DNA of 24,000 nt, from assembly GCA_963740255.1 (NCBI GenBank), contig CAVUDO010000006.1, forward strand, positions 124,158 through 148,157, written 5' to 3'. Source of the DNA: an uncultured Actinomycetota bacterium (GTDB taxonomy: Bacteria > Actinomycetota > Actinomycetes > Mycobacteriales > Cryptosporangiaceae). Below the pieces are notes generated by a model that did not search any database, had not been told where the DNA came from, and worked only from the letters and a program-made list of their open reading frames with translations. Below are positions 23,514-24,000 of the stretch, one piece after another (position 1 is the first letter of the stretch; each line of letters starts with the position of its first letter). The translations under genes and the position numbers were made by a program.

Positions 23514-24000
23514 TCAGTCGCTGCAATTGCTCCGGCGGGAGACGTAGCTGGGCGCGCTCAGCGTGTCCCGGCCCTGCCCGTCGGCGGCCCGGCCGCCGTA
23601 CCCGATCGACTGGTCGTACGGCAGTCCGCCGATGACGACGTGGTAGCGCCCGCCGCCGTCGTCGGTCGCGATCTGCTCGGCGGTGCTCCCGTCCTGGAAC
23701 CACCACCGCGCCCACACCCTGGCCGGCGTGCCCCCGCCGACGTTGATGTAGATGACCGCCGTCCAGCCCGGCGGACAGCCCTGGGTGGTGTCGGCGAGCG
23801 AGGACGTCACGGTGAGCCCGGGTACCGGCCGACCCGGTGGCTTGGGCGGCCGGGGTCGTCCGGTGACCGTCGCGTGGGTGGGCGTGGGGCGGACGGAGGC
23901 GCTCGCGGACGGCGTGGGGGTGCCCGACGCGACGCCGAGCCCCGACCCCGGGGACTGTGCGGTGGCGCTGGCCGGGGTCGTGCCCGTGTCGACGGTGGGG
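23514..24000 (-). CDS. Partial Pro/Thr/Ser-rich protein with a Cys-bracketed C-terminal domain (5' end beyond the window); possibly secreted
   Basis: The track lists 23514..23810, but the same frame is open to the window edge. My translation of 23999..23811 is PTVDTGTTPASATAQSPGSGLGVASGTPTPSASASVRPTPTHATVTGRPRPPKPPGRPVPGLT, with good coding bias. The C-terminal domain is QGCPPGWTAVIYINVGGGTPARVWARWWFQDGS...SNCSD. I recognise no family. Confidence 0.5.
   Translation of the reverse strand, partial: PTVDTGTTPASATAQSPGSGLGVASGTPTPSASASVRPTPTHATVTGRPRPPKPPGRPVPGLTVTSSLADTTQGCPPGWTAVIYINVGGGTPARVWARWWFQDGSTAEQIATDDGGGRYHVVIGGLPYDQSIGYGGRAADGQGRDTLSAPSYVSRRSNCSD

Noticed and set aside
1-24000. CRISPR arrays, rRNA/tRNA genes and IS elements
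   Set aside because: Apart from the short 18-bp coding repeat at 5232..5303, I saw no regularly spaced repeats. I also saw no conserved rRNA or tRNA-like segments and no transposase-like ORFs while reading both strands.

Overview
This is high-G+C DNA (roughly 70% by eye, not computed) of actinobacterial type. Most long overlapping ORFs in the six-frame track are frame shadows. I chose real genes from recognisable protein motifs, third-codon-position G/C bias, Shine-Dalgarno (SD) sequences and ATGA/GTGA start-stop coupling. The window is dominated by a [NiFe]-hydrogenase locus of group 1h (formerly group 5; Hhy, 'high-affinity', O2-tolerant type). On the left are a partial globin gene and a divergent DeoR regulator. 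One + strand operon follows: hhyS, hhyL, a NifU-like gene (hhyE), three coupled conserved unknowns, the maturation endopeptidase, a 34-aa membrane sORF missing from the ORF track, a YceI-like lipid binder, a small membrane protein, hypC, hypD, hypE and an unknown. hypF lies 5.6 kb further on, on the opposite strand, as the last gene of a padR - SIS - atypical hypC-like - SIS - hypF operon. Between hypE and hypF sits an unrelated accessory block. It holds a frameshifted HEAT-repeat gene, an MFS transporter and a four-gene type VII-style polymorphic toxin cassette (two YbaB-like proteins, a WXG-EndoU nuclease toxin and a small putative immunity gene). hypA and hypB are not in the window. I saw no rRNA, tRNA, CRISPR array, transposase or integrase. 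The right edge holds a GNAT acetyltransferase and a partial Pro/Thr-rich, probably secreted, protein. All family assignments come from reading motifs by eye; no database search was run.
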